A stretch of DNA of 45,467 bases. Origin: Octopus bimaculoides (Eukaryota). How positions within the stretch are numbered: position 1 is the stretch's first letter; each line of letters opens with the position of its first letter. The position numbers and the translations under genes are program-made. The stretch covers positions 110,456,049 to 110,501,515 of the forward strand of contig NC_068985.1 in NCBI RefSeq assembly GCF_001194135.2, in the 5' to 3' direction. Positions 12,832-23,274 of this stretch are shown one piece after another. The notes beneath the pieces are model-generated. The model was not told the DNA's origin and ran no database searches. It was given only the letters and a program-made list of their open reading frames with translations.

Positions 12832-15800
12832 NNNNNNNNNNNNNNNNNNNNNNNNNNNNNNNNNNNNNNNNNNNNNNNNNNNNNNNNNNNNNNNNNNNNN
12901 NNNNNNNNNNNNNNNNNNNNNNNNNNNNNNNNNNNNNNNNNNNNNNNNNNNNNNNNNNNNNNNNNNNNNNNNNNNNNNNNNNNNNNNNNNNNNNNNNNNN
13001 NNNNNNNNNNNNNNNNNNNNNNNNNNNNNNNNNNNNNNNNNNNNNNNNNNNNNNNNNNNNNNNNNNNNNNNNNNNNNNNNNNNNNNNNNNNNNNNNNNNN
13101 NNNNNNNNNNNNNNNNNNNNNNNNNNNNNNNNNNNNNNNNNNNNNNNNNNNNNNNNNNNNNNNNNNNNNNNNNNNNNNNNNNNNNNNNNNNNNNNNNNNN
13201 NNNNNNNNNNNNNAAGTGTCTTCTACTATAGCCTCGGGCTGACCAAAGCCGTGTGAGTGGATTTGGTAGATGGAAACTGAAAGAAGCCCATCGTATATAT
13301 ATATATGTGTGTGTGTGTGTGTTGTATATGTTTGTGTTTGTCCCCCCAACATCGCTTGACAACCGATGCTGGTGTGCTTAGGTCCCCGTAACTTAGCGGT
13401 TCGGCAAAAGAGAACGATAGAATAAGTACTAGGTTTACAAAGAATAAGTCCTGGGGTCGATTTGCTCGACTAAAGGCAGTGCTCCAGCATGGCCACAGTC
13501 AAATGACTGAAACAAGTAAAAGAGTGTAAAGTGTAATAAATATATTTCTGTTTATTAGAGAGCGTGTTTGAAAGATTATTAACTGTAGAGCTTAGATCTA
13601 AACATGAGTTATATCCCTTTGGTCAGTGCTATTTAATTATCTCCTACAGTGACCTTACATCCTCTTTCTTTTTTTATTTTTGTTTTCCTCTAGATACAAA
13701 GTTTAAGCAGCAACGTCTCCCTGCATGGCAGCCTATTCTAACAGCAGAAACTGTTCTGCCAGCATTCTTTGCTCTTGGAATCACCTTCATTCCCCTCGGA
13801 GCTGTCCTACTGCTGACATCAAACCACGTAAGTGATCACATTAACCAATTCATGACCATAAAGGCGGGTCAATATGCTAAGTCAGAATGTTTTTTTTGTA
13901 TTCTTCCTTTCTACTTGGAGAGTTTAAATGTAATCACAAAAGATATGTCCTTCTGTTGAAATGAAATTTCAGTAAATTTCTATATCTTTGTGCAGCTGAA
14001 GATTGCTCTGCATTTTACATTTGATGTAATGTTTCACATTGCTTAAATAAATAGTCGCATGAAACGATCATACTGCATTAACTTTGGATATCCTTGTTGC
14101 TTATTTTGATTTTAATCACACTTATATGTCTATATATAAATAAATTTAGTAAATGGAGTAAAACGCATATGTTAACTGAATACTTTTATTTCCAACATAT
14201 GTTTCGAAGATTACAAATTATTCCTTCCATAGGAATAGGTGNNNNNNNNNNTAAAACGCATATGTTAACTGAATACTTTTATTTCCAACATATGTTTCGA
14301 AGATTACAAATTATTCCTTCCATAGGAATAGGTGATGTTGATAAGAATGTAAGGGAAATGCATGGGAATCGGTTAAAATGTCTTACAGTTAAGCTGGTTC
14401 CCATGCATTTCCCTGAAGAGAAGATTACATTCTTATCAACATCACCTATTCCTATGGAAGGAATAATTTGTAATCTTTGAAACATATGTTGGAAATAAAA
14501 GTATTCAGTTAACATATGCGTTTTACTCCGTTTACTAAATTTATATATTTACTCAAGTACCCAAAATAACAAGGAGTTTCTACCTCATAAACAGGAGTTA
14601 CACCACAGTCATTTTGTGATCTTTGCTACCCTGGTATCTATTAAACAATTTATTTTGTCCGGGTTAATTATTAACTAAGAAAAAATAAATACATATAANN
14701 NNNNNNNNNNNNNNNNNNNNNNNNNNNNNNNNNNNNNNNNNNNNNNNNNNNNNNNNNNNNNNNNNNNNNNNNNNNTATATATATATATATATATATATAT
14801 ATGTGCCTGTGTGTGTATGGTGTAGTGAAATGGTCTAAGATAAGATCTTTTGTGGTGAAATTAGGATAGACATATATGTATATGTAGGTATGTGTGTACG
14901 TGTATAGATGTGTGAATGTTAGTGCTTGCTAAGTTGTGGCATTTGTTGAAATGTTACTTGTTGAGATTTTACTTGCTGAGTTGTGCTCCAGACATAGAGG
15001 TGGGTGCCTTGTAATGAGTGTGGACAAACAAGTGGACAGTGCAGCTGTATGTTTTGTCTTTTGCTGCAGGTGATGGAAGTAACAGCTGACTACACCAACT
15101 GTGTTAGTATTCACAGCACCGCCAATACAACCTGCTCTAAAATCATCAACAACAACAGTACCTCGAACTGTCAGTGTCGTATAGAGATTGATCTCAAAAA
15201 TAACTTTAAGGTAAGGAATTTCATTCACACATTTCTGCCTCTCTCTTTCTACCTCTGCCTCCCTCCTTCTCTCTCTATCTTTCTTACTCTCACTCTTCCA
15301 CCTCTCTCTCTGTATTATCTCTTGTATTGAGTGACTGAAATCATCAACATCATCATCATTTAACGTTTGTTTTCCATGGACAGTTTTGACTGAAAACTGG
15401 GCAGCTACACCAGACTCCCGTCTGATTTTGGCTTGGTTTCTGCAGCTGGATGCCCTTCCTAACACCAACCACTCCGAGAGTGTAGTGGGTGATTTCTACA
15501 TGCTACCAGCACAGGTGCCAATTACGAGACACTGGCATCGGCTATGAGTACGATCGCACTTGGCTTGGCAAGTCTTCTCACGCACAGCATATTGCCAAAG
15601 GTCTCGGTCACTTGTCATTGCCTGTGTGAGGCCAAAAGTTCGAAGAGTGCTTTTTACGTGCCACCAGCATATGTACATGAAAAGGCTTCGTTCAGTCTCC
15701 ATCTACCAAATTCACTCACATTGTTAAGGCTCTGGCTAAGCTGTGGCTATAACAGAAGATACTTGTCTAAGGTGGCACTCAGCAGGACTGAACCAGAATC

Positions 15801-16700
15801 CATGTGGCTGAGAAGCAAACTCCTTAACCACACAGCACTATATTTTCTTCTGCTTTTCCATGTTAGTATGGATCGGAAGGGACATTTTGAGGCCAAATTT
15901 TGCAGCTTGATGCTCTTTCTGCTTTTAGGTGCTCCTTATCACATTCACACACATGGTATATATCTATTCCATGAAATGGAATACGCACAACAATTTTGTT
16001 AGGAAAGAACTATTTTAAAATGAACTCCCTTTTGTCTTGACAGGCCCCAGTGTACTTGTATTATGGACTGACCAACTTTTATCAGAATCACCGACGCTAT
16101 GTCCGTTCCCGGGATGACAGGCAGCTAAAGGGTGATATATTCCCACCAAATGATCTCGTCCGAGAATGTGAGCCGTTCCGTCTGTACAACAAAACAATTG
16201 GTTATGCACCATGTGGTGCTATAGCTAACAGTTTGTTCAATGGTATGTTGATTCAGATTAACTCTTCTCTATTTAATTTGTATTTTAAGGTAATTGTATG
16301 CTGTCAACTTAATGTGACAGTCCCCTGAAGGGAATAATACTACTGTCGGTTAGACCGAGAAAGCTGCACTGCTTCCTGTCCACTAAGTTATGAGGATATA
16401 AACACACCAAAACCAGTTGTCAAGCACTGGTGGGGAACAAACACAGCACACACACAATGGGCTTTCAGTTTCTGCCTACCAAATCCACTGATGAGGCTTT
16501 GGTCGACCCAAGAAGACACTTACACAAGGCGCCATACAGTGGGGACTGAACCTGGAGCCATGTAGCTGGGAAGTAAATGCATAATTTATAACAAAGTACA
16601 ATACAAAATAGGGTTGGTAGGCAAAGTGTTAAAACAATTGTCTGTTCTCTTCCAAAATAATGTTTGTGTTTCTTTTTCTTTTCTTTTTTCTTTTCTTTTT

Positions 16701-16742
<42 letters not shown>

Positions 16743-18014
16743 AATGGGAAATCTTTCATGCTAATGGTTTACATTTTCTATTCTATTTTAACAGATTCTT
16801 TCCAATTGGAATATGTGAACAGATCAAGAGTTGTGCCTCTGATCAAGACTGGGATTGCTTGGGATTCTGATAAGAAAGTGAAATTTCGTAACCCATCAGA
16901 GCCATGTAAAGACACTTATATTTTCTTCTGTTTCTTGTCTTTTTTTTTCTTCTGTGTTGTTATTATTAGTGTTATTATTAAGCGGTGAAACATTTTGTCT
17001 GTCTTTATGTTCTGTGTTCAAATTCTGCCTTTCATCCTTTCGGGGTTGGTAAATTGAGTACCAGTGAAACACTGGGGTTGATGTAATTGACTATCCCCCT
17101 CCCCACAGGTTTCAGGTCTTGTGCTTATAGTAGAAAGGATTATTATTAAAGCGACAAGTTGGCCAGAAGTGTTAGCATGCCGGGCAAAATGCTGAGGGAC
17201 ATTTTGTCTATCTTTGCATTCTGAGTTCAAATTCTGCTGTGATTGACTTTGACTTTCATCCTTTTGGGGTTGATAAATGAAGTAAAACACTGGGGCTGAT
17301 GTAATCGACTAGTCCCCCTCCTCTGAAATTTAGTAGAAAGGATTATTATTATTATTATTATTATTATTATTTAAGGCAGTGGGTTGGCAGAACCGTTAGC
17401 ATGCTGGACAAAAAATGCTTAGCAGCATTTCATCCATCTTTATGTTTTGAGTTCAAATGCCATTGAGGTTGACTTTGNNNNNNNNNNNNNNNNNNNNNNN
17501 NNNNNNNNNNNNNNNNNNNNNNNNNNNNNNNNNNNNNNNNNNNNNNNNNNNNNNNNNNNNNNNNNNNNNNNNNNNNNNNNNNNNNNNNNNNNNNNNNNNN
17601 NNNNNNNNNNNNNNNNNNNNNNNNNNNNNNNNNNNNNNNNNNNNNNNNNNNNNNNNNNNNNNNNNNNNNNNNNNNNNNNNNNNNNNNNNNNNNNNNNNNN
17701 NNNNNNNNNNNNNNNNNNNNNNNNNNNNNNNNNNNNNNNNNNNCCCGCTCAAAAGGTCCTTGAATAAGGTTTGTTTAAGGATGTTGAGCAAAACACCCAT
17801 GTTTCCAAAAAGTGAATTATTCAAACCCTAAAGAATTCCTCTCAACACATGGCTATGATGCTCCCCCACTACTTCTGCTCATGATCAGAGATGCACATAT
17901 CGTCAGCCACCAAGGGACATGCTTAACTGGTTAAGGTCAAACAACTGACAAGCAAATCTGTGGTATTGAGCAGAATATTTGCTGTAGTCCATCTTTTATA
18001 CCAAGACAAAACAA

Positions 18015-18069
<55 letters not shown>

Positions 18070-21000
18070 TAAGGCAGTGGGTTGGCAGAACCGTTAGCAT
18101 GCTGGACAAAAAATGCTTAGCAGCATTTCATCCATCTTTATGTTTTGAGTTCAAATGCCATTGAGGTTGACTTTGCCTTTTGTCCTTTTGGGGTTGATGA
18201 CATAAGTACCAGCTGCACACTGATATTGATGTAATTGACTCCCCAACCCCTACCGCTCTGAAATTGCTGGTCATGTGCCGAAATTTGAGATTTATAAAGG
18301 TGACGAACTGGCAGAAGTGTTAGCATGCTGAGCGAAATGCGCAGTGGCATTTCGCCTTTCTTAATGTTCTGAGTTCAAATGCTGCTGAGGTTGACTTTGC
18401 CTTTCATCCTTTTGGGGTTAATGAAATAAGTACCAGTTGAGCACTGGCATTGATGTAATTGACTGGCCCTCTTCCCACAAAATTTCAGTTCATGTGCCTG
18501 TAATAGAAGGGGTTATTATTGTTATTATTATTCAAGACAGCGAGCTGGCAGAATTGTTAGCATGCCAGACAAAAGGCTTCGCACCATTTTGTTCATCTTT
18601 CTGTTTTGAGTTCAGATGCTGCTGAGGTCGACTTTGCCTTTCACCCTTTTGGGTTGATGAAATAAGTACCAGCTGCACACAGTGGGGTCGATGTAGCTGA
18701 CTAGTCTCCTCTCACCAAATTTCAGGTCTTGTGCCTATTGTAGAAAGAAATTATAATTACTTGAAAACTTCATCCAGCTTTGTACTTTCTGAGTTTAAAT
18801 CCTGTTGAGATGAACTTTGCCCTTCATCCTTTTGTGGGGTCGATAAAATAAAATACTAGCCAAGTTCTGGGGTTGATGTAATCAGGTGACCCTCCTCAAC
18901 TCTTCCTGGCCTTGTGCCAAAATTTGAATCATTTATTGTTATTAGATATTATTATTACTGTTATTATAATTATTGTGACACTGTGGTAAAATTAATTCTT
19001 CTAATAGGAGAGTATTGTAGTTCGCTTGAAGCATTGTGTATTGTTTGTAAAGAATAAAATGTTTAGAATGGTACAACAATGCACTATAAAACAAAAAATG
19101 GACTATATACCTGTTGTAATTTAGTTATCTATAGTCCGATGATATTTCATCTAAGAAGATCTGAAGAAGGAATTGTAATTCCGAAATATCATCGGACTAT
19201 AGATAACCAAATTGCAACAGGTGTATAGTCCATTTCTTGTTTTATAGTGCATTGTTGTACCATTCTAAACTTTTTATTCTTTAATTCTTCTAATATTTGG
19301 GAGTAAATTAAATGCATTAAAACAAAAACAGGAAATCATTTGGTGTGGGTGTTAAGAGTAGAAAGGGGCTATTTTGAAGGAGATAAACTTGATTAAATTA
19401 CTAGTAATTTTGGACTGATCTTGTAATATGATATTGATAGAAAGTCAAACTGTGTAAATCTGATAAAGCTATTTAAATGTGAAATTGTCTTTCAATTCAA
19501 GTGAACTCACAGTATGTTAAGCCTCCCTATTGGCAGAAGAGCATCTGGGACCTGGATCCGAACAACACAGATGATGATAATGGCTACCACAATGAAGATC
19601 TAATTGTGTGGATGCGCACTGCAGCATTACCGACATTCCGTAAACTTCACCGCCGTATTAACCATACTGGTATATTTTCGGATAATCTACCGGCTGGTAG
19701 ATATTCGGTAATAATCAACTACAGTATCCTTGTTTTTATGTTTGTAATTCTTTGATTATCATGACATTTTTTTTTTCTCCTTCAACTCTCTCATGCAAAT
19801 CACTTGCCCCAACAGGTCTTCGCAAGCCGAGTTTAGTGTCCAATGAAGGAGAGGTTGGCATGGGTGCCAGTCGGTGAATTTAGTTCGATTTCGATTTCAC
19901 TTGCCTCAACAGGTTTTCACAAGTGCAGTTTAGTGTCCAATGAAGGGAAGGTATGTATAAGTGGGCTGGCTACACCCCTGGCAGAGGCGTTGGATTATGG
20001 TCTCACTTGGCTTGCCGGGTCTTCTCACGCACAGCATATTTCCAAAGGTCTCGGTCAAAAGTCATTGCCTCGGTGAGGCCTAATATATATATATATACAG
20101 ATGAGAGAGCGAGTTTTTGAAGTGTTGTACAGATATTATATAGTTAGAATAATAAGGTAGTCAGAATGTTGGATGATTATATATTTTTATTTACATCTTA
20201 TTTATATTTTTAGTACTTTCTTTTATTATCGGATTTATCAAAAATGGAAGAAAGCACTAAAAATGTAAATAAATAAAAAAATATATATATATTCATCCAA
20301 CATTCTGACTACCTTATTATTCTATATATATATCATCATCATCATTATTTAACATCCGTTTTCCATGCTGGCATGGGTTGGCAGGTTCGACTGGGGTTTG
20401 GGGAGCCAGGAGGCTGCAGCAGGCCCCTGTATGATCTGGCAGAGTTTCTACAGCTGGATGCCCTTCCTAATGCCAATCACTCCGAGAGTGTAGTGGGTGC
20501 TTTTTATGTGCCACTGGCACAGGGGCCAGAGGAGGCTGGCAACGTCCATGACTGGTTGGTGCTTTTTACGTACCACCGGCATGGAAGCCAGTCAAGGCGG
20601 CGCTGGTATTGGCCACGTTAAGACAGTGCTTTTTACATGCCATCGGCACAGGGATCACAACTACAATTTCCATTTGATTTTGATGTACTTAACTCAATAG
20701 GTCCCCTCAAGCACAGCATGTCGCCCTATGATCCAAGGTACTTTTGGGTGGGCTGGTTATGCAACACTGGTGTAGTTTACAGCTGTGATCTCACTTTACT
20801 TGCCGGGTCTTCTCAATCACAGCATATCTCCAGAGGTCTCGGTCTTCTGTCATTGCCTCTGTGAGTCCCAACAGTTGAAGGTCATGCTTCACCACCTCAT
20901 CCTATGTCTGCCTGGGTCTCTCTCTATCCTGGATTGGCACTTCTTCACACAGCTCTCCTCATCCATCTGTAGTACATAACCATACCAACACAAACGTCTC

Positions 21001-21926
21001 TCTTGCATGTCACATCAAATACTTCTTATGTCCAACATTTCTCTCCGGGCGCTTACACTGTCGCGTGTGCACACTAACATTACACGTCCAGCGGATCATG
21101 CTAGCTTCATTTCTTTCGAGCCTATGAATGTCTTCAGCAGTCACGACCCATGTTTCACTGCCGTGAAGTGGAACATGGGCCACACATACATTCTCTAAAA
21201 TCCACACACAGGAAACTGTGTTTTTTGTGTTGTTTTGTTTTGTTGATTTCTTTAACCAGTGACTCCCAGATTATCCTGTGACCAGTTTCAGTGGCACCAA
21301 ACGTATTGTGTTGACTACAATGTCATGGCTGGGAGGCAAGAATCCTTTTCTGGGCATCACTTACCTGGTTGTTGGCTGCATCTGTATCCTCCTAGGAATC
21401 GTTCTGTTTTTCATTCGTTTCAGATGTGGAAAGAGGTAAGTGTTCTCTTGTATTGGCTTGTGTATTTGTGTGTTTTTTGTGTGCATATTTGTGCTTTTGT
21501 GTATGTGTATGTCTTCAGAATGAAACGATTGGGTGCAGCTGTTTAGACACTGACAATTTGGCGCGGCTGATTGGGCTTTGGATCTGCTTAAGCAACTACG
21601 TTTTGGTGTACACACACCAGCACTGAAATGTACGTGTACAGATAGAGGGTGGGAGGTGTAGGAAAGGTTTAAAAAACCAGTGGCATTTTTTTAAAACAGA
21701 CAGTGAAGCCTGGTTCAATTTTCTTCTTAACCAGCCCCTGCCAAACCGTCCAACCCATGGCAGCTTAGAAAACAGATGTTGGATGATAATGATGACAAGA
21801 TGTAAAACTGGACCTTTAAGATACATGGAATAAGGCAATTTCTGGACACATAGTGTATATGATATCTCTTTCAAACTTTCCTTTTTTTTCTTTCCTTGTA
21901 GATCTCAAGAATTGAACCTACGATGA
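8111..21926 (+). CDS. TMEM30A: CDC50/LEM3-family P4-ATPase flippase beta subunit; join(8111-8171,13694-13827,15070-15210,16044-16242,16795-16905,19502-19723,21270-21435,21902-21926) = 1059 nt, 352 aa; in-frame upstream ATG at 8036 would give 377 aa
   Basis: Spliced translation contains family motifs [92 protein letters not shown] and two hydrophobic TM segments. All junctions are GT-AG and phase-consistent, and the total length is divisible by 3. Confidence 0.96.
8410..8710 (+). mobile_element. hAT-Charlie-type MITE copy 2 (301 bp), CDC50A intron 1
   Basis: Same TIRs; perfect TSD TTTTAGAT. Confidence 0.92.
8848..9105. mobile_element. Merlin-like MITE copy 1 (258 bp, TIRs of about 88 bp)
   Basis: TIR GGTCAAACTAAAGGGTTTGACCCGGT...; 8-bp TSD TGTTTTCC/TATTTTCC. 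GG termini plus an 8-bp TSD fit the Merlin superfamily (assignment inferred). Confidence 0.8.
10761..10816. repeat. (TA)n microsatellite, representative; many others, several adjoining N gaps; also (ATT)n at 18018-18068 and 44267-44305
   Basis: Direct reading. Confidence 0.95.
13694..13827 (+). CDS. TMEM30A: CDC50A exon 2 ([17 protein letters not shown]...LLLTSNH, includes TM1)
   Basis: Acceptor TTTCCTCTAG, donor GTAAGT, hallmark motif. Confidence 0.97.
14140..14544. mobile_element. Foldback element (about 145-bp inverted arms) carrying the hammerhead motif; probable Penelope-like pLTR derivative
   Basis: Left arm 14140-14376 (with an 83-bp assembly duplication) is the reverse complement of right arm 14389-14544, apart from an 11-nt indel and a few substitutions. 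Confidence 0.75.
14407..14496 (+). ncRNA. Putative type I hammerhead ribozyme (PLE-like, palindromic stem III) in CDC50A intron 2
   Basis: Stem I ATTTCC(14407-12)/GGAAAT(14491-96); core CUGAAGA (14413-19); stem II GAAGATTACA/TGTAATCTTT; GAAA (14479-82); stem III palindrome ACATATGT; GUU cleavage triplet, predicted cut after 14490. Confidence 0.75.
15070..15210 (+). CDS. TMEM30A: CDC50A exon 3 ([11 protein letters not shown]...[14 protein letters not shown])
   Basis: Acceptor TTTGCTGCAG, donor GTAAGG, 47 codons in phase 0; DYT and Cys pattern of the CDC50 ectodomain. Confidence 0.93.
15340..15660 (-). mobile_element. RTE LINE 3' fragment
   Basis: [20 protein letters not shown] (ORF end) plus UTR and (CAT)n tail. 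Confidence 0.8.
16044..16242 (+). CDS. TMEM30A: CDC50A exon 4 ([19 protein letters not shown]...[12 protein letters not shown])
   Basis: Acceptor TTGTCTTGACAG, donor GTATGT, hallmark motifs. Confidence 0.97.
16795..16905 (+). CDS. TMEM30A: CDC50A exon 5 (DSFQLEY...[18 protein letters not shown])
   Basis: Acceptor TTTTAACAG, GIAW..DK.VKFRNP motif. The donor CAT|GTAAAG is weak but the only phase-compatible one seen. Confidence 0.88.
19007..19280. mobile_element. Foldback insertion (101-bp arms 19048-19148 / 19183-19283) flanked by a 15-bp direct repeat; probable PLE derivative
   Basis: TTAATTCTTCTAATA at 18992-19006 and 19281-19295; arms about 94% complementary; hammerhead-like core in the spacer. 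Confidence 0.7.
19158..19193 (+). ncRNA. Possible minimal hammerhead ribozyme variant in CDC50A intron 5
   Basis: CUGAAGA (19161-67), extra A, stem II GGAAT-TGTA-ATTCC, GAAA (19183-86), palindromic ATAT stem III, AUC triplet; stem I only 3 bp (GAT/ATC). Confidence 0.5.
19502..19723 (+). CDS. TMEM30A: CDC50A exon 6 ([13 protein letters not shown]...[13 protein letters not shown]...YSVIINY)
   Basis: Acceptor TTCAATTCAAG. Ends at the U12-type donor GTATCCTT. Confidence 0.93.
20145..20324. repeat. 180-bp foldback / MITE-like element
   Basis: Perfect 32-bp terminal inverted repeat (20145-76 / 20293-324) with further AT-rich pairing inside. Confidence 0.75.
20333..21197 (-). mobile_element. 5'-truncated RTE-clade LINE (ORF C-terminus + 3' UTR + (GAT)n tail) inside the U12 intron
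   Basis: Minus-strand [33 protein letters not shown] is the typical RTE post-RT region; the 3' UTR ends in GTTAAA-(GAT)n. Confidence 0.88.
21270..21435 (+). CDS. TMEM30A: CDC50A exon 7 ([12 protein letters not shown]...GGKNPFLG + TM2)
   Basis: U12-like branch point then CAG acceptor; donor GTAAGT; hallmark motif. Confidence 0.96.
21902..21926 (+). CDS. TMEM30A: CDC50A terminal coding exon 8 (RSQELNLR-stop)
   Basis: Long pyrimidine tract plus GTAG acceptor; phase 2 matches the exon 7 donor; TGA at 21924-21926. Confidence 0.8.
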
Positions 21927-22570
21927 GTTACATGTTGACCAGAAGAGCTGACCAATCTGCCAGCCACCTGGTCCACTGGGTGACTGGCATTTCATGTACT
22001 GTGAACTTCTTTTCCTTTGTAAACCTTAATGTTTTATAAAACATACACTGTTTTATATATACACACACACACACACATATATATATACATATATGTATAT
22101 GTAGTTTGTGTGTAAAGTATATTCATATATGGCGAAATATACATATACACACATGCACATGTTTCTGTTGATAATGTTTGTGTAAATACTGAATATAGTA
22201 ATGAATGGATATTTATTTATACATATACAAGGTATGTAAGCAGATTTCTGTATATAAACATATTTGTGTAATCTGTGTGCTCTCTTTCTCTCTCTCTCTC
22301 TATATATATACACACACACACACACATATATATACTCATACATACTCACTAACATATTGATACCACAGGTAACAGTTGAAGCATTCCAATAAAATTGATG
22401 TAAATTAAAGCCATTTTTAACTGCATCTTTGTGATATATAGCAAGAACAAAGAATTTATAAACCCACACAATTATATCTTTATATACACATACTTTTTCT
22501 CTCCCTTTTGTTGGTCTCTGAAATGAGTGCACACATACTTGCACTTGTGTGCAGAAACACTGGGTTCCTA

Positions 22571-22798
22571 TTAACCCTTCTGATACCATCTGACCCGAAA
22601 CCACCCTCGGTTCTATGATCTGAATTCCTGGTTTTAAAATGATCTAAATTAAATCTTTCTTTTGAAATTTCATGTTAATTTATATTACAAACAACAGCTT
22701 AAAAATGTCAGTCATTTTAATTCTTGGTTATTTTCAAAATTTGAAACAGAGACCAGAGACAGTGTATTTCAGCAGAAATATGGTAACAAAATGGTTGA
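22571..22798. mobile_element. Degenerate piggyBac-like MITE; related fragments near 12410-12590 and 30430-30585
   Basis: Starts TTAACCCTT, right end degenerate; shared internal blocks (AAATGATCTAAATTAAA; CAGCTTAA.AATG). Confidence 0.5.
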
Positions 22799-23274
22799 GT
22801 CATCAGTAATTTTTTAATAAACGTACATACACACATTTGTAAATGCATATACAGCAATATGAGTGTCTACACATAAACACATACATGTGTACAGTGGATA
22901 TTAGTGAAGAAAATACTGTTTTGGTAGTTAGAAATAATGTCCATAATGAAGGAGGTGGTTTATGCTGTGATATAGAACAAACCTCTCTCTCTCTTGGCAG
23001 TTGATTACTAAAGCTATAAACTATAATGCTACATTGTCCTGCTCTGCCTAGTTATCAGAAGACAGACAGGGACTTGTTACCTGAAATAATACACTAGTGT
23101 CTTAGTTCAGAGAGTTAACTACATTACATGACTATGATCCTCTGTGGTTTGTGAGAGGATTATGGTTAATCTGAATCAGCTTCTGCTCCTAAACCATATC
23201 AATGCTTTGTGTCTATGGATGCTTATATGGTTGCTAAAAGTTTTATATATATATATATATATTTATTTATTTAT

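Larger units (their letters stand above)
19724..21269 (+). other. U12-type (minor spliceosome) GT-AG intron, CDC50A intron 6, 1546 nt
   Basis: 5' splice site GTATCCTTG; branch-point-like TTCTTTAAC at 21248-21256, about 14 nt before CAG (21267-21269); no polypyrimidine tract in between. Confidence 0.9.

Noticed and set aside
14159-14334. 83-bp direct repeat
   Set aside because: Identical copies abut a 10-N gap: an unmerged contig overlap, not biological.
17369-18175. Identical SINE B segments of about 109 bp either side of a gap
   Set aside because: Probably haplotype or contig overlap; cannot be taken as a real duplication.
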